DNA of 64,000 nucleotides from NCBI GenBank assembly GCA_965205505.1, contig CBDBHB010000009.1:1536001-1600000 (forward strand). Reading direction: 5' to 3'. The notes beneath the pieces were generated by a model, which searched no databases, had not been told where the DNA came from, and saw only the letters and a list, made by a program, of their open reading frames with translations. Below, piece after piece: positions 1 to 11,513 of this stretch; position 1 is the stretch's first letter, and the number at the start of each line of letters is the position of its first letter. Source of the stretch: Acidobacteriota bacterium (GTDB lineage: Bacteria > Acidobacteriota > UBA890 > WLXD01). Made by a program: the position numbers and the translations under genes.

Positions 1-174
1 GGGGACCAGCTTGCTCGATTCAGCCCGCGTGTTCGCGGATATGATGGCTCGAGTGCCGACTCTCCAGCGGCGCTGCCAAGCTTCCGCTACCTGCCCTGGT
101 AGGCGTTTGCTACGATTCCGGAACCGGTCGCGCTGCCGCGTCGACCGCCGTCGATCCCTGCGTTTCTGATCCCT

Positions 175-318
175 ATGATCGTTCCGAAGGACGCCCCGAT
201 CTATGTTGCTGGCCATCGTGGCCTCGTTGGTTCCTGCGTTGTGCGGCATCTCGAAAAGAGGGGTTTTACCAACATATCGCGGAGCGCTTCTGAGGCAGGT
301 AAGGCTGGTGCACAATGA
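175..318 (+). pseudogene. fcl: N-terminal remnant of GDP-L-fucose synthase (47 aa)
   Basis: Translates [34 protein letters not shown], the typical Fcl/WcaG start ([12 protein letters not shown]), then stops at 316-318. Confidence 0.75.
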
Positions 319-355
319 CACCTGACCGAACCTCGGTCAGAACGTTGCTCCCCGG

Positions 356-3085
356 TCACTCGTATCGCAGCGCCTTTACTGGATCGACGCCGGCCGCGCG
401 TCGGGCCGGAAGCCAAGTCGCTAGAGCGCCGGTTATCCCGAGCAACAACGCCGTGCCCGCCAGGGTCATCGGGTCGGTCGGTGTTACGCCATACAGTTGT
501 GCGGCGATCGCGGGAGTGACCAGCCAGGACGCGCCGATGCCGATTGCCACGGCGACTCCGACCACAACGAGCACTTCGCCGAGCACCATCCGCGCCACCT
601 GGGCGTTGCCGGCGCCGAGCGCCATGCGGATTCCCACCTCGCGTGTGCGCCGCTGCACCGAGAAGGCAACCACCGCATATAGCCCGAGGCTCGCAAGTGC
701 GAGGCCCAGCAGACCGAATCCCGAGACCAGCGCTGTTCCCAACCGCGAAAGGGCCAACCCGTCGGACAAGTGTTCGTCCAGCGTCTTGAGCTCCAATGCA
801 GTCAGCGCCGGGTTGATGGTCGCCAGCTCTGCACGCATCGCGGGCAACAGCGCGCTGGCATCGCGGGACGATCGTGCCATGAGGTACACGGCGGTGCCGG
901 ATTGCTGGCCTAGCGATCGATAGAAAAGCGGCGTCGGTGCTTCGGTGAGGTCGCGGACCTTCACGTCTGCGACAACACCGACGATTTGTTGCCATCCATC
1001 AGGTACGCCCTGCCAACGAAAGCGTTCGCCGACCGCATCGCTGCGACCCCAGTAGGCGCGCGCCATGGCCTCGGATATCACCGCCACGGATGAGCTATCC
1101 GGCGTGTCTTCGGGCGCAAACGTGCGGCCGTGCAGTAACCGTATCTCGAGTGTTTCGAAGTACCCCGGCCCGGCGCTTGCACGTAGCACCTCGACAGAGT
1201 CGGTTCCCGTCGGGGGCGTGTAGCCGTCGATCACCAGTGTGCTGGAGCCGCCGAAGCCACGAACCGGCAGTTGGCCGGCGAGGGCGACGCTCTCGACGCC
1301 GGGAAGCGTCTCGTATCGGCGGCGAAGCTCCTCGAACAGCGGCACCGCCTCGGCAGCGTCATAGCCGGCGTGCTTGAAGTCGGTGGCGAGGAACGCGACG
1401 TTGTCCGGTATGGCGCCGAACCCGGCATCCACCGACGCGGAGTTGACCAGGCTGCGGGCAAACAGGCCGGCGGCGACCAGGATCACAAAGGAGACTGCCA
1501 CCTGGGCGACCACCAACAGGTTGCGCAAGGTGAATCGTCCACGATGAAATGACAGCGGCGTGCCCTCGTCGCGCAACGAGCCGACGACGTTGGCGCGCGC
1601 CAGCCGCAGCGCCGGCAACAGCCCGAACAGGAAGCCGGTCAACAACGACACCACCAACGTGAAAGCGAGTACGCGCAGGTCGGGGCGCAGGTCCATCGGT
1701 GCGGGCATGCCCAGCGGTAGCTGGGCGGCGCTGAAGGCTCGGGTCGCCCAAACTGCCAACAGCAGCCCCAGCGCGCCGCCGGTCAACGACAACACCACGC
1801 TCTCCGACAACATGTACAAGATCGCCCACGGGAGGCGCCCACAGCCAGTCGCACCGAAACCTCGCGGCCGCGCGTCGAGGCGCGAACCAGCAACAAGTTG
1901 GCGAGGTTGCTGCAGGCGATGACCAGCACTAGCCCGACGATGGTCATCAGGCCCGCCGCCAGCTGCAGGAGGTTGCCGTCGAACGAGGGGTGAAGGCGCA
2001 CAGCGCCCGCACCGAAGACGGTGATATCCCGCCCGGTGTTCATCTCCGGGAACTCGGCTGCCAACCGCGTCGCCAAGGCATCCATCGCAGCCTGCGCCTG
2101 GGGAGCCGTAATACCTTCTGCGAGCCGCGCCTTGACGATGAACCAGTGGTCGGCGCGGCGATCCAGCGTTGTGGCAGCGTATTCTCCCATCGTGTAGCGC
2201 ATGGTCGACAGCGAAAGCCACAAGTCGCGCCTGAAGCCGGGCATGATGCCGGTGTAGCCTGGAGGGCCGATGCCGACGATGGTGATCGGTGAGCCCACCA
2301 GGCGCACCTTTTTCCCCAGGATCTCCGGATCGCTGCCGAATCGCTCGCGCCAGGCGAGATGGCTCACGATCGCCACCGGCTCGCCGCCATCCACGTCCTC
2401 CTGCGGCAGAAACGCCCGACCGACGGTGGGGGCCAGGCCGAGCACGTCGAAGTAGTTCGACGTCACGTACTCCACCGCCACGCTCTCCACGCCATCGTCG
2501 TTCATGAGCGTGGCGTTGAAGGGCATGATGGCCGCCGCACCAGAGAAGATCTCTGCATGCGCCGCGATGTCGCGATATGCCGGGAACGAGCTCGAGGTCG
2601 GCTCGCCGTCATCCGAGTCCTGGTACACATCCACCAGCTCGGCCGGCCGAGCGAACGGCTGCGGACGTACCAACACGGCGTCGACGAAGGTGAACATCGC
2701 GGCATTGGCGCCGATTCCGAGGCCAATAATGACGACCGCGGTAACGCTGAAGAACGGGTGCCTTGACCAGTCGTCGCGCCGCCTGTCGGAGCTCGCGAAG
2801 CGTAGTGTCGATCATTTCGAATCGTTCCCGGGGAGTGGGCTTGTCAGAAAGAGGCGCTGGGTGGTGCAGAGGGCTGCGGTGTTGCCATCGGCGGGTGCGT
2901 TCGGCGAACGCGTTACGCACCAAGTCGTCGAAGGCGAACGCCCAGAAGGATGCGCTGGCAAAAGGCTGTGCCCGCCGCCGAGCACGGTTGTGCTGCACGC
3001 GGAGCAGATCGAGCATGGCGGCGCCGTACTCGCGTCGGAAGGGGCGTGGGTAAGCGAGCAGCAACACGCGGTAGAGCAGCTCCAT
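356..3085 (-). CDS. ADOP-type duplicated MacB/FtsX-like ABC permease, split by two frameshifts (~2756 and ~1823)
   Basis: Three consecutive frames: YPRPFRREYG N-terminus; MFTFVDAVLVRP...LVIACSNLANLLL; VVAQVAVSFVIL...REVGIRMALGA...RRAAGVDPVKALRYE. Confidence 0.85.
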
Positions 3086-3435
3086 CAGACGTTGCCCGAT
3101 AGCACGTGACGGCGCTTGGCGACATCGACGATACGTGCCAGGCGCGCCGCCTCCGCCTGCAGCACCTCGAGGCCGATGTCGGTCAACCGGTAGTATTTGC
3201 GGCGCGGATCGTCGCCGGATTCCGCCGAGCCGACCTGTTCCACCAGCCGCGCCGCGGCCATCTCTTTCAGCGACCGGTACAGCGTGCCGGGGCCGAGCCG
3301 GATCTCTCCTCCGGTCTCCCTCTCGATGGCGTCGGCGATGCCCAGCCCATGCAGTTGGCCGGGGCTCAGAGCCAGCAGGATGTGCAGCACCGCCGGCTTG
3401 AGCGGCGAGATAGTCGGTAGCTTACCGTAGGTCAT
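3085..3435 (-). CDS. PadR-family transcriptional regulator
   Basis: HILLAL...LHGLGIA...GPGTLYRSL...RRKYYRLTDIG; directly upstream of the ADOP permease. Confidence 0.9.
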   Translation of the reverse strand: MTYGKLPTISPLKPAVLHILLALSPGQLHGLGIADAIERETGGEIRLGPGTLYRSLKEMAAARLVEQVGSAESGDDPRRKYYRLTDIGLEVLQAEAARLARIVDVAKRRHVLSGNV

Positions 3436-3469
3436 ACGCTGTCTTGTTGCTCGGTGGTGGGGAGAATGA

Positions 3470-3510
3470 TTTATCCAATATAGATATATCCAATTCGGAT
3501 AACTTGCAAG
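3470..3510 (-). promoter_or_regulatory. Putative PadR promoter/operator
   Basis: AT-rich island; minus-strand TTGCAA (3504-3509) followed by TA-rich sequence; palindrome TATCC-N5-GGATA at 3487-3501; TATCCAAT repeated at 3472 and 3487. Confidence 0.45.
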
Positions 3511-3637
3511 CACCGAGCGAAATGGCTGTAGAGATGGTGGTGACCGAGGTCGCGAACAGCCCGCTGGCCGCGACGTGACGCTGCGCCTCGCGCTCCGCGG
3601 AATGGACGCCCCACGGCCCTGCTAGCATGGTCGGGCC

Positions 3638-5233
3638 ATGAGCAACGATCGCCGTCACGAGATTCCCGACCTGCTGCAGCAGGCCGGTGGCCTGACCGAG
3701 GGAACAGCGCGCCGGATTGCCGAAGAGACCGGCATCCCGGAAGCCGACATCTATGGGGTCGGCAGCTTCTACCACATGCTCGCGAGGCCGGACGCCAAGG
3801 TACGCGTCTGCACCGGGCTGTCGTGTCAGATGGCGGGCGCCGACAAGGTGCTCCGAGCTGCCGAGTTAGCCGGGCTGCCCGTTGAGGGCTGCTCGTGCCT
3901 CGCCGGCTGTGATGTTCCGCCGGCGGTGCTGCGAGACCGCAGGGTGCTGCCGAGCGTCAGCATCGAGGATATCCACGCGGCCGATGGCGACTGGGAACAG
4001 CTCCGCGCCGCCGCCAACGTCCCTGACGAGCACTGGCTCGGATACGTGGGCCCGGAGATCGACGATCCGGACACCCTGGCGTGCAATCTTCTGGGCGCAC
4101 CGGACTACAGCGGCAGCGCCTTCGCGCTGGCAGCGGAGATGGGTGCCGAAGCGGTGGTTACGGCGATCGAGGAATCCGGCCTGCAGGGCCGTGGCGGCGC
4201 CGGCTTTCCAGCCCATATCAAGTGGAAGGGGACTCGTAGTCAGGCGGAGACTACGCGCTACGTGGTGTTGAACGCCGACGAGGGCGAGCCCGGTACGTTC
4301 AAGGATCGCGAGGTCATGCAGCGCCGGCCCGACAAGGTGCTCGAGGGGCTGGCGATTGCCGCCAAAGCCATCGAGTCGACCGAGGTCTATTTGTACTTGC
4401 GTGGCGAGTTCGAGATCCCGTGGAAGGTCATCGAGGAGGCCATCCAGCGATACAAGGACAGCGGCGTACTCGGCGATGTCAACTTCCACATGCATGCCGG
4501 CAACGGCGCCTATATCTGCGGCGAGGAGACAGCGTTGCTGGAGGCGCTCGAGGGTAAGCGCGGCATGCCGCGTTTGAAGCCTCCGTTTCCGGTCGAGTTC
4601 GGCTTGTGGGGCAAGCCGACGTTGATGCACAACGTCGAGACCATCGCCTGCGTGCCGTCGATCATCGAGCGCGGCGGCGAGTGGTTCCGCCAATTGGGTC
4701 GCGATGAAGCGGGCAGCAAGCTCTATTGCATCAGCGGACACGTCGCCAGGCCGGGCACGTACGAGCTGCCGCTCGGGGTGACGCTCGACGAGCTGGTCGA
4801 GGCCGCCGGCGGCTATGTTGGCGAGTTCAAGGCGTTCAGTCCCGGCGGTGCCAGCTCTGGGTTCCTGCCGCCGTCCGAGCGCGGCCGGCCGCTCGCCTTC
4901 AAACCCCTCGGCGAAGTGGGCTCAATGCTCGGCTCAGCTGGCGTGGTGGTACTCAACGCCACCGTCGACATGCGCGACGCGGTGCGCTCGCAGCTGGTGT
5001 TCTTCGAGGCCGAAAGCTGCGGGCAGTGTGCGCCATGCCGCATCGGCACGCGCTATTTACGTATAGGATTAGACAAGCACATGGACGGCAACGGCGCTTC
5101 GGCCGACGCGCTACTTCACGTCGCCGACGCCGCATGGCAGATGAACGAAGGGTCGATCTGTGGGCTGGGCCAGGCCGCCCCATTGCCGCTGACGCTGGCG
5201 CTAGAGCATTTCCCAGAGGATTTCGAGGCATGA
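3638..5233 (+). CDS. NAD-linked formate dehydrogenase diaphorase subunit (NuoE-like 2Fe-2S fused to NuoF-like FMN/4Fe-4S)
   Basis: VCTGLSC/CLAGC; GLQGRGGAGFP; NADEGEPGTFKDR; AYICGEETAL; ESCGQCAPCRIG...ICGLG. Confidence 0.9.
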   Translation: MSNDRRHEIPDLLQQAGGLTEGTARRIAEETGIPEADIYGVGSFYHMLARPDAKVRVCTGLSCQMAGADKVLRAAELAGLPVEGCSCLAGCDVPPAVLRDRRVLPSVSIEDIHAADGDWEQLRAAANVPDEHWLGYVGPEIDDPDTLACNLLGAPDYSGSAFALAAEMGAEAVVTAIEESGLQGRGGAGFPAHIKWKGTRSQAETTRYVVLNADEGEPGTFKDREVMQRRPDKVLEGLAIAAKAIESTEVYLYLRGEFEIPWKVIEEAIQRYKDSGVLGDVNFHMHAGNGAYICGEETALLEALEGKRGMPRLKPPFPVEFGLWGKPTLMHNVETIACVPSIIERGGEWFRQLGRDEAGSKLYCISGHVARPGTYELPLGVTLDELVEAAGGYVGEFKAFSPGGASSGFLPPSERGRPLAFKPLGEVGSMLGSAGVVVLNATVDMRDAVRSQLVFFEAESCGQCAPCRIGTRYLRIGLDKHMDGNGASADALLHVADAAWQMNEGSICGLGQAAPLPLTLALEHFPEDFEA

Positions 5234-8109
5234 GCGACGACACGATCAAGCTCAACGGTCGCGAGTACGCGTTCACGCGAGGCGAGACCGTGCTCGACGT
5301 CGCCGCCCGTCACGACATCTATATCCCGACGCTGTGCCATGATCCGCGGCTCGACCCGGCCGGCGCCTGTCGTACCTGCCTGGTCGAGATCGACGGCTGG
5401 CGCAAGCTTCCCCCCGCCTGTGCAACCGTGGCGACGGCGGGCATGGAAATCACCACCGAGAACCCGCGTATCGACCGTCATCGCAAGACTTTGCTCGGGC
5501 TCTACATGACCGACCATCCGGGCACCCGCGAGGAGGCCGAGCCCGGCGCCCGCAACGAGCTGTTCGACATGGCGGTGAAGTACGACGCACCGACCGATTG
5601 GGGGTACATGGAACCGGTGCGCACGGCGCGGCCCGATGACCGCAACCCTTACATCAACTTCGATCCGGATTTGTGCATTCTGTGCGCGCGCTGCGTGCGC
5701 TACTGCGACGAGATCGAGGGCGTAACGGCGATTACGCTGGCCAACCGTGGCTCCGAGACCACCATCTCGACGGTCGACGAGCTGTCGCTCATGGACACCA
5801 CCTGTGAGCTCTGCGGCGGCTGCATCGACGTCTGCCCGACCGGGGCGATGGGCGAAAAGATGCCGCTCATCCGCGGTCACAAGCCCGAGCGCGAGCTCAC
5901 CAAGGTGCGCAGCACCTGCAACTTCTGCGGCGTTGGTTGCCAGCTCGACCTCAACGTCGATCCGGAAGGCCGCGACGGCATGGGCAGTCTGGTCAAGGTC
6001 ACCAGCCCGCCGGTGGGTACCACGACCAACGATGGCAACCTGTGCGTGAAGGGCCGCTTCGCCTACGACTTCGTGCATCACGAGGACCGTCTGACCACGC
6101 CGATGGTGCGTGGCGACGACGGCGAGATGCACGAGGCCAGCTGGGATGAGGCGCTCGAGGCTGCGGCGGCCGGGCTACTCGGGGTCAAGGAGCGGCACGG
6201 GTCCGACGGCCTCGGTTTCGTTTCGTCGTCGCGCTGCACCATGGAAGAGAACTTCCTGGTGCAGAAGATGGCGCGAGCGGTGTTCGGGACGAACAACGTG
6301 CATCAATGCGCTGCCACGTGACACGCCCCCACCGTGGCCGGTCTGGTCACAACGTTCGGCGCCGGCGCGATGACCAACTCCATCGGCGAGATCCGCGACG
6401 CCGACTTCCTGTTCGTCATCGGTAGCAATACCTCCGAAGCGCACCCGATCATCGCCATGGAGATGAAGCAGGCGGTGCGTCGCGGCGCCACCATGGTGGT
6501 GGCCGATCCGCGCTCGATCTGGATGGCGTCGATCGCCGAGAAGCACCTGCAGCTGCGCCCCGGCACCGATGTGTGGCTGCTCAACTCGATTGCCAACGTC
6601 ATCGTTACCGAGGGCCTCGTCGACCAGGAGTTCATCGACTCCAACACCGAGGATTGGGAGTCGGTGCGCGATACCGTGCTGCGCTACCCGCCCGAGGAAG
6701 CGGAGAAGGTCACCGGTATACCTGCCGAGGACATCCGCTGGACGGCGCGACGCTACGCCACCACCAAGAAGGCGGGTATCTACTACACGCTCGGCATCAC
6801 CGAGCACTCGCACGGCACCGACAACGTCTACTGCCTCGCCAACCTCGTGCTGATGACCGGCCACCTGGGCAAGCCGTCGTCCGGCATGAACCCGCTGCGC
6901 GGTCAGAACAATGTGCAGGGTGCCAACGACGCCGGCGCGACGCCGATCTACCTGCCGGGCTACCAGCGCGTCGACGACCCCGAGGTGCACGCCAAGTACG
7001 AGAAGTCGTGGGGCGTGAAGCTGTCGCCCGACCCCGGTATGAACCTCAACATCATGATGAAAGAGGTGGGCAAGCGTATCAAAGGCATGTTCGTCATGGG
7101 CGAGGACATCGTGTTGTCGGAGCCCAATGTCAAGCATCTCGAGGAAGGGCTCAACAACATCGACTTCCTGGTCTACCAGGACATCTTTCTCAACGAGACC
7201 GCCCGTTTCGCCGACGTGATCCTACCGGCCGCGGTGTTTGCCGAGAAGGAGGGCACGTTCACCAATTCAGAGCGCCGCGTGCAGCGCGTACGCAAGGCGG
7301 TGGAGCCGCCGGGGATGGCGCGCCCCGACTGGGAGATCATCAGAAATCTTGCCAATGCCGCCGGCGCTTCGTGGAACTACGAGAGCGCGGCCGAGGTCTA
7401 CGACGAGCTCGCCCGCGATACCCACCAGTTCGCCGGCATCAGCCACGCCCGCATCGATGCCGAGGCGCATCGCGGCAAGACGGGTATCCAGTGGCCCTGC
7501 CCGGATCCGCAACACCCGGGAACGGAGTTCTTGCACGAGGGTGGCGCGCTGCGCGGCAAGGCACTCTTCGTTGCCGCCGACTACCGCCCGTCGATGGAAG
7601 TCGAAGACGAGGACTACGGGCTGCTGCTGTCAACCGGGCGCACGCTGTACCACTACAACTGCGCTACCCAGACACGCCGTGAGACCGGCCTGCACATGAA
7701 GCAGTCGGAGCCGTTCGTCGAGATCCACCGGCGCGATGCCCGCAAGCGCGGCATCGAACATGGTGACCTCATCGAAGTGTCGACTCGCCGCGGCGCCGTC
7801 CAGGTGCGCGCCATCGTCTCGCGCCAGGTGCGCCCGGGCTGTATCTGGATGCCGCTGCACTTTGCCGAGGCACGCGCCAACCTGCTCACCAACGACGCCG
7901 GCGATCCGGTCACCCAGACGGCCGAGTACAAGGTTTGCGCCGCGGAGATCACCAAGGTCGCATCGGCGACCGAGCCCGAGCGCTCCGAGCTGTTCCCCGG
8001 CACCTACTACGGCATCCAGGGTCCCGGCTACAACGTCACCGAGTTCAACGGTGGCGCGGTGGAGGTTCCCGCCCCGGTGCTGCACAGCCCCGGCCGCGGC
8101 GACGGCTGA
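5230..8109 (+). CDS. fdhF: Formate dehydrogenase alpha subunit, selenocysteine-containing (Sec at TGA 6319-6321)
   Basis: ORFs ending 6321 and starting 6334 are in the same frame: HQCAAT-U-HAPTVAGL; Fe-S motifs CILCARCVRYC, CELCGGCIDVCP, TCNFCGVGC; PLRGQNNVQG. Confidence 0.93.
6333..6350 (+). promoter_or_regulatory. Bacterial SECIS hairpin of fdhF
   Basis: GTGGCCG-GTC-TGGTCAC stem-loop ~12 nt after the TGA, resembling the E. coli fdhF SECIS region (GTTGCAGGTCTGCAC). Confidence 0.75.
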
Positions 8110-8251
8110 TCGACCGACGCCGGCCAGCTCCGCGACATGGCCTGTTCTCACGATCCCCGGTAGCCCTTGCCGCCGGGTTCGTTAGCTGTTCCTCGCTCGG
8201 CAAGAGCGCAGCGGCGTGCGCACCCGCATGATCCGGGTCGGTCCGTGGCCC

Positions 8252-8430
8252 TCAGGCAACAACCAGTTCGACGCGGCAGCGGATGCCCGGGATTCTCGCC
8301 AGCGCCGAGTCGCAGGTAAGCAGGGTTGCTTCCAGACCTTCCGCCAGAGCGATGTACGTGGCGTCATAGGCGCTGGCATTGTCGCGAAGCTCCCAGATCC
8401 GCTCCAGCAGGTGGCGACCATATACAGTAC
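8252..8430 (-). pseudogene. C-terminal remnant of a VapC/PIN-domain toxin
   Basis: Minus frame reads LLERIWELRDNASAYDATYIALAEGLEATLLTCDSALARIPGIRCRVELVVA*; in-frame TGA upstream (~8457) and no start codon. Confidence 0.7.
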
Positions 8431-8491
8431 GTTTCTCCTGGACTACCAGCCCTCGTCAAGGGTGCACGTGAGTGGGCGGGAGCGCGGCACG

Positions 8492-11335
8492 CTAGCGCTC
8501 GGGTTGTCGCCCATCCTTCGATAGCTCCAAGCCCAACGTCTTGCCTTTCTCGATCGCAGGGATGCCCTCCGCCAGCCATCTCGGTGCCGGTGCTCCTTTC
8601 AGGTAGTGGTCGAAGAACTGCTGCATGCGGATGTTCCAGTCGACCTTGTTGGCGTGCGTCGTGGGCCAATGGGGCTCGCCGTTGTAGTTGATTAGCCAGG
8701 CGGGCTTGCCGAGCCGTCGCAGGGCCACGAACATCTCGATGCCCTGCTCCCAGGGCACGGCGCTATCGTGGTCGTTGTGCATCATCATCAAAGGAGTCTC
8801 GATCTTGTCGGCCCAGAAGAGCGGCGAATTCTCCAGGTAGCGCATGGGCGCTTCCCAGAGGGTGGCGCCGAGCCGGCTCTGCGTTTTCTCGTACTGGAAC
8901 ATGCGGCTCATGCCGGTGCCCCAGCGGATGCCGCCGTAGGCCGAGGTCATGTTGGCGACCACGGCACCGCCGGCGGCGGCCTTGAAGATGTTGGTCTTGG
9001 TGACCATGTAGGCGATCTGGTAGCCGCCCCATGAGTGCCCCTGCACACCGATGTTGTGTTCGTCGACGTAGCCCCGGTCGATCATGTGGAGCACGCCGGA
9101 GACGACGTCCTTGAGGGCGCTCTCGCCGGGGTAGCCGACTTGGTAGGTGATGTCGGGGGTGAACACCACATAGCCACGCGAAGCGTAGAACCCCTGACGA
9201 ATCACCGAGCGATGTGGTGTCGGTGGGTGGTGCTGGTGCAGGTTGTCGGCGTTGCGCTCATAGAAGGTCACCAGCAGCGGGTACTTGTTCGATGGGTTGA
9301 AGTCGGCCGGCTTGTGGATCAGCCCCTCGAGTCGCTCGCCGTCGAGCGAGCGCCAGGTGGTGAGCTCGGCGGTGGCCCAGTTGTAGTCGCCCTGCTGTGG
9401 GTTGGCGTCGCTGACCTGGCGAGCATCGGTCATGCCGAGATCGCTGATCCACAGGTCGGCGAACTCGTCGACGCTCTCGCGGGTGAACAGTAGGGTGTCG
9501 GCCTCGGCCGCCTTGGCGGGTCGGCCGTAACGGTGCGGCGAGTCGACCAGCACGGACGGCTCGCCCACGCCGTCGATCCGGTGGCGCCAGAAGCCGGCGT
9601 TCTTCGTTTCCTCGTTGAACGCTGACAGCAGCAGCGGGACGGCAGGATCAAACGTCTCCCGCTCGGGATCTAGCGGCACGATCCTCAGCCGCGTGGCGGA
9701 CGCACGGCCGGTGCCGTCGGTTATCGGAAGCGGCTCCGCTTCGCCACTCGGATCGAGCGCCCAGACGTCATAGCGGTCGTAGACGAGAGCGCTCCCGTCA
9801 TCGGTCCAGCCGGCGAAGCCGTGCGGCTGCGGACGGTACGCCCAGTCGTGCCGCTCGTCGTGGAACGGCTCGTCGAGCTCGTGGGTGAGCTCGACGCAGG
9901 TTGGCGGCGCGCCTGTCGTAGCCCCGGTCCACGAGCATCCCCGCCAGCCCAATCCGCGGTCGTCCCAGAGCAGCGCGTGATGGCCGTCGGGGGCGAGCTC
10001 GAACGCGCCTTGGTGTGCGCCGCTGATCTTGCGTCGCGCTCCGGTGTTCGTTTCGATCACATAGTGGTCGTGGATGCGCGGCGAATCCCAGGAGATCTCC
10101 TTGCGGTAGGGGACGCCGGACTCCCCGTGTAGGAACGAGTCGTCGTCGCCCACGGGCTCCGCGTCGGGGACCTCTGGATCGGCGAGCTGCACCACGTGGC
10201 CGTCGTCGAGGTGGACGACGGCGAGGTAGGTCCGCTTGGCTTCCTCCTCGGCCTGAAGAAGCTGCATGGGCTGCAGTAGCGGATCCTGCCAGTGCCAGAC
10301 ATCGACGACCACCTTCTCTTCGTCGAGCAGCTCCGCCGCTTCGGGCTCGGCCGGCGGGCTTGGCGCTGTCCCGAAGTAGAGTCGCTCGCCGTCACGCGAG
10401 TACTCCGGTCCACGGTGCTCGCTTACCGACCAGCCGGTCGGTAGACCGGCCGTACCGGCGGCGGCTAGCCGACGGGCCTCGCCGCCGCCGTCCCAGCCGT
10501 AGACGGCGAACTCGGGCTGGTCGGCCTCACGGTCGTCCCGATCTGTCAAGAACGCGACCTGACTCCCGGCGTCGTCAAGAGCTAGCTGCGTATAACGTCC
10601 GGCACCCTGGAGCGCGGTCGCGATGTCGCCGTTGCCGGTTCGCAGCACGAACGCGCCGTCTGCTGCTCCATCGACCGTCGAGGTGAGGTAGGCGAGCAGC
10701 GCGCCGTCGTCGGAGGCGGCGTATTCGGCGACGCTCTCGAGCCGGGTCTCGACGCCGCTGTCGAGATCTCGGTACACGAGCGGCGAGCCCGTGGTTTTGT
10801 CGCCGTCGTCGGGCTCGCTGCCGGTGCCGGTGCCGGTGTCGTTGTCGGTCTCGTCGTCTGTGGCATCGGGTGCCTCCTCGAGAAGGTACGCTACCCAGCC
10901 GCCGGCTTTCTCCGGCAGGGCGAACGACTTAACGCTCTCGACTCGTGAGATCGTCCCGGTCGACAGGTCGATAATGCCGAGCTCCGCCCTCGGCTTATCG
11001 TCGCCGTCGAGGCGCGCACGCCGAGCCTCTTCCTTGGCGGGCTGAACCAGCGCCACGACGTGACCACCGGCGGCGGAAAAGCGGGCGTCCGTTGCACGTG
11101 GAAGTCGCATCTCGCGGTCGTCCGTCAGGCTGCGCACGACGAGCTCCGGGTCGCCGTTCTGGAGGGTGAGCCGGTACATCACCCAGCGGCCGTCACGCGA
11201 CAGAGCCTCGTCGGCGATGCCGTGCCAGATCTCGTAGGCGCCGTGATCGAGTGGCCTCGTCGCCTGCGCCAAGGCGTCGGATCGAGTCAACAACAGTGCG
11301 AGGCCAATGACGATCACGGCTAGGCGACGATTCAT
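8492..11335 (-). CDS. Secreted S9-family (prolyl oligopeptidase-like) peptidase
   Basis: Signal peptide; GHSWGG nucleophile motif, NDHD acid, EPHW His. Confidence 0.9.
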   Translation of the reverse strand: MNRRLAVIVIGLALLLTRSDALAQATRPLDHGAYEIWHGIADEALSRDGRWVMYRLTLQNGDPELVVRSLTDDREMRLPRATDARFSAAGGHVVALVQPAKEEARRARLDGDDKPRAELGIIDLSTGTISRVESVKSFALPEKAGGWVAYLLEEAPDATDDETDNDTGTGTGSEPDDGDKTTGSPLVYRDLDSGVETRLESVAEYAASDDGALLAYLTSTVDGAADGAFVLRTGNGDIATALQGAGRYTQLALDDAGSQVAFLTDRDDREADQPEFAVYGWDGGGEARRLAAAGTAGLPTGWSVSEHRGPEYSRDGERLYFGTAPSPPAEPEAAELLDEEKVVVDVWHWQDPLLQPMQLLQAEEEAKRTYLAVVHLDDGHVVQLADPEVPDAEPVGDDDSFLHGESGVPYRKEISWDSPRIHDHYVIETNTGARRKISGAHQGAFELAPDGHHALLWDDRGLGWRGCSWTGATTGAPPTCVELTHELDEPFHDERHDWAYRPQPHGFAGWTDDGSALVYDRYDVWALDPSGEAEPLPITDGTGRASATRLRIVPLDPERETFDPAVPLLLSAFNEETKNAGFWRHRIDGVGEPSVLVDSPHRYGRPAKAAEADTLLFTRESVDEFADLWISDLGMTDARQVSDANPQQGDYNWATAELTTWRSLDGERLEGLIHKPADFNPSNKYPLLVTFYERNADNLHQHHPPTPHRSVIRQGFYASRGYVVFTPDITYQVGYPGESALKDVVSGVLHMIDRGYVDEHNIGVQGHSWGGYQIAYMVTKTNIFKAAAGGAVVANMTSAYGGIRWGTGMSRMFQYEKTQSRLGATLWEAPMRYLENSPLFWADKIETPLMMMHNDHDSAVPWEQGIEMFVALRRLGKPAWLINYNGEPHWPTTHANKVDWNIRMQQFFDHYLKGAPAPRWLAEGIPAIEKGKTLGLELSKDGRQPER

Positions 11336-11513
11336 CGAGTATCTCTCCGGCGGTTGTCGGTGGATGGGCGTACCCATGTTGCCGGCGAGCCGGCCTTACA
11401 GCAACGTGGTAGAAGTTAGCGGTCGGCGCCATGCGCCTGTGACTTCCGCACCAACTCGCACTGAGCCGGGGCCTGTCTGCGACACCCGGCGGCTCATGAG
11501 AGGACACATTTCG

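Noticed and set aside
4726-5229. Long N-terminal extensions given by the ORF track (also for guaA, nuoC, nuoEF, nuoI, gdhA, Skp)
   Set aside because: They overlap upstream genes; real starts have RBS or ATGA/GTGA coupling further downstream
10815-10860. Short CCGGTG repeats in the S9 peptidase
   Set aside because: Encode a low-complexity DTGTGTG linker; ordinary coding repeat
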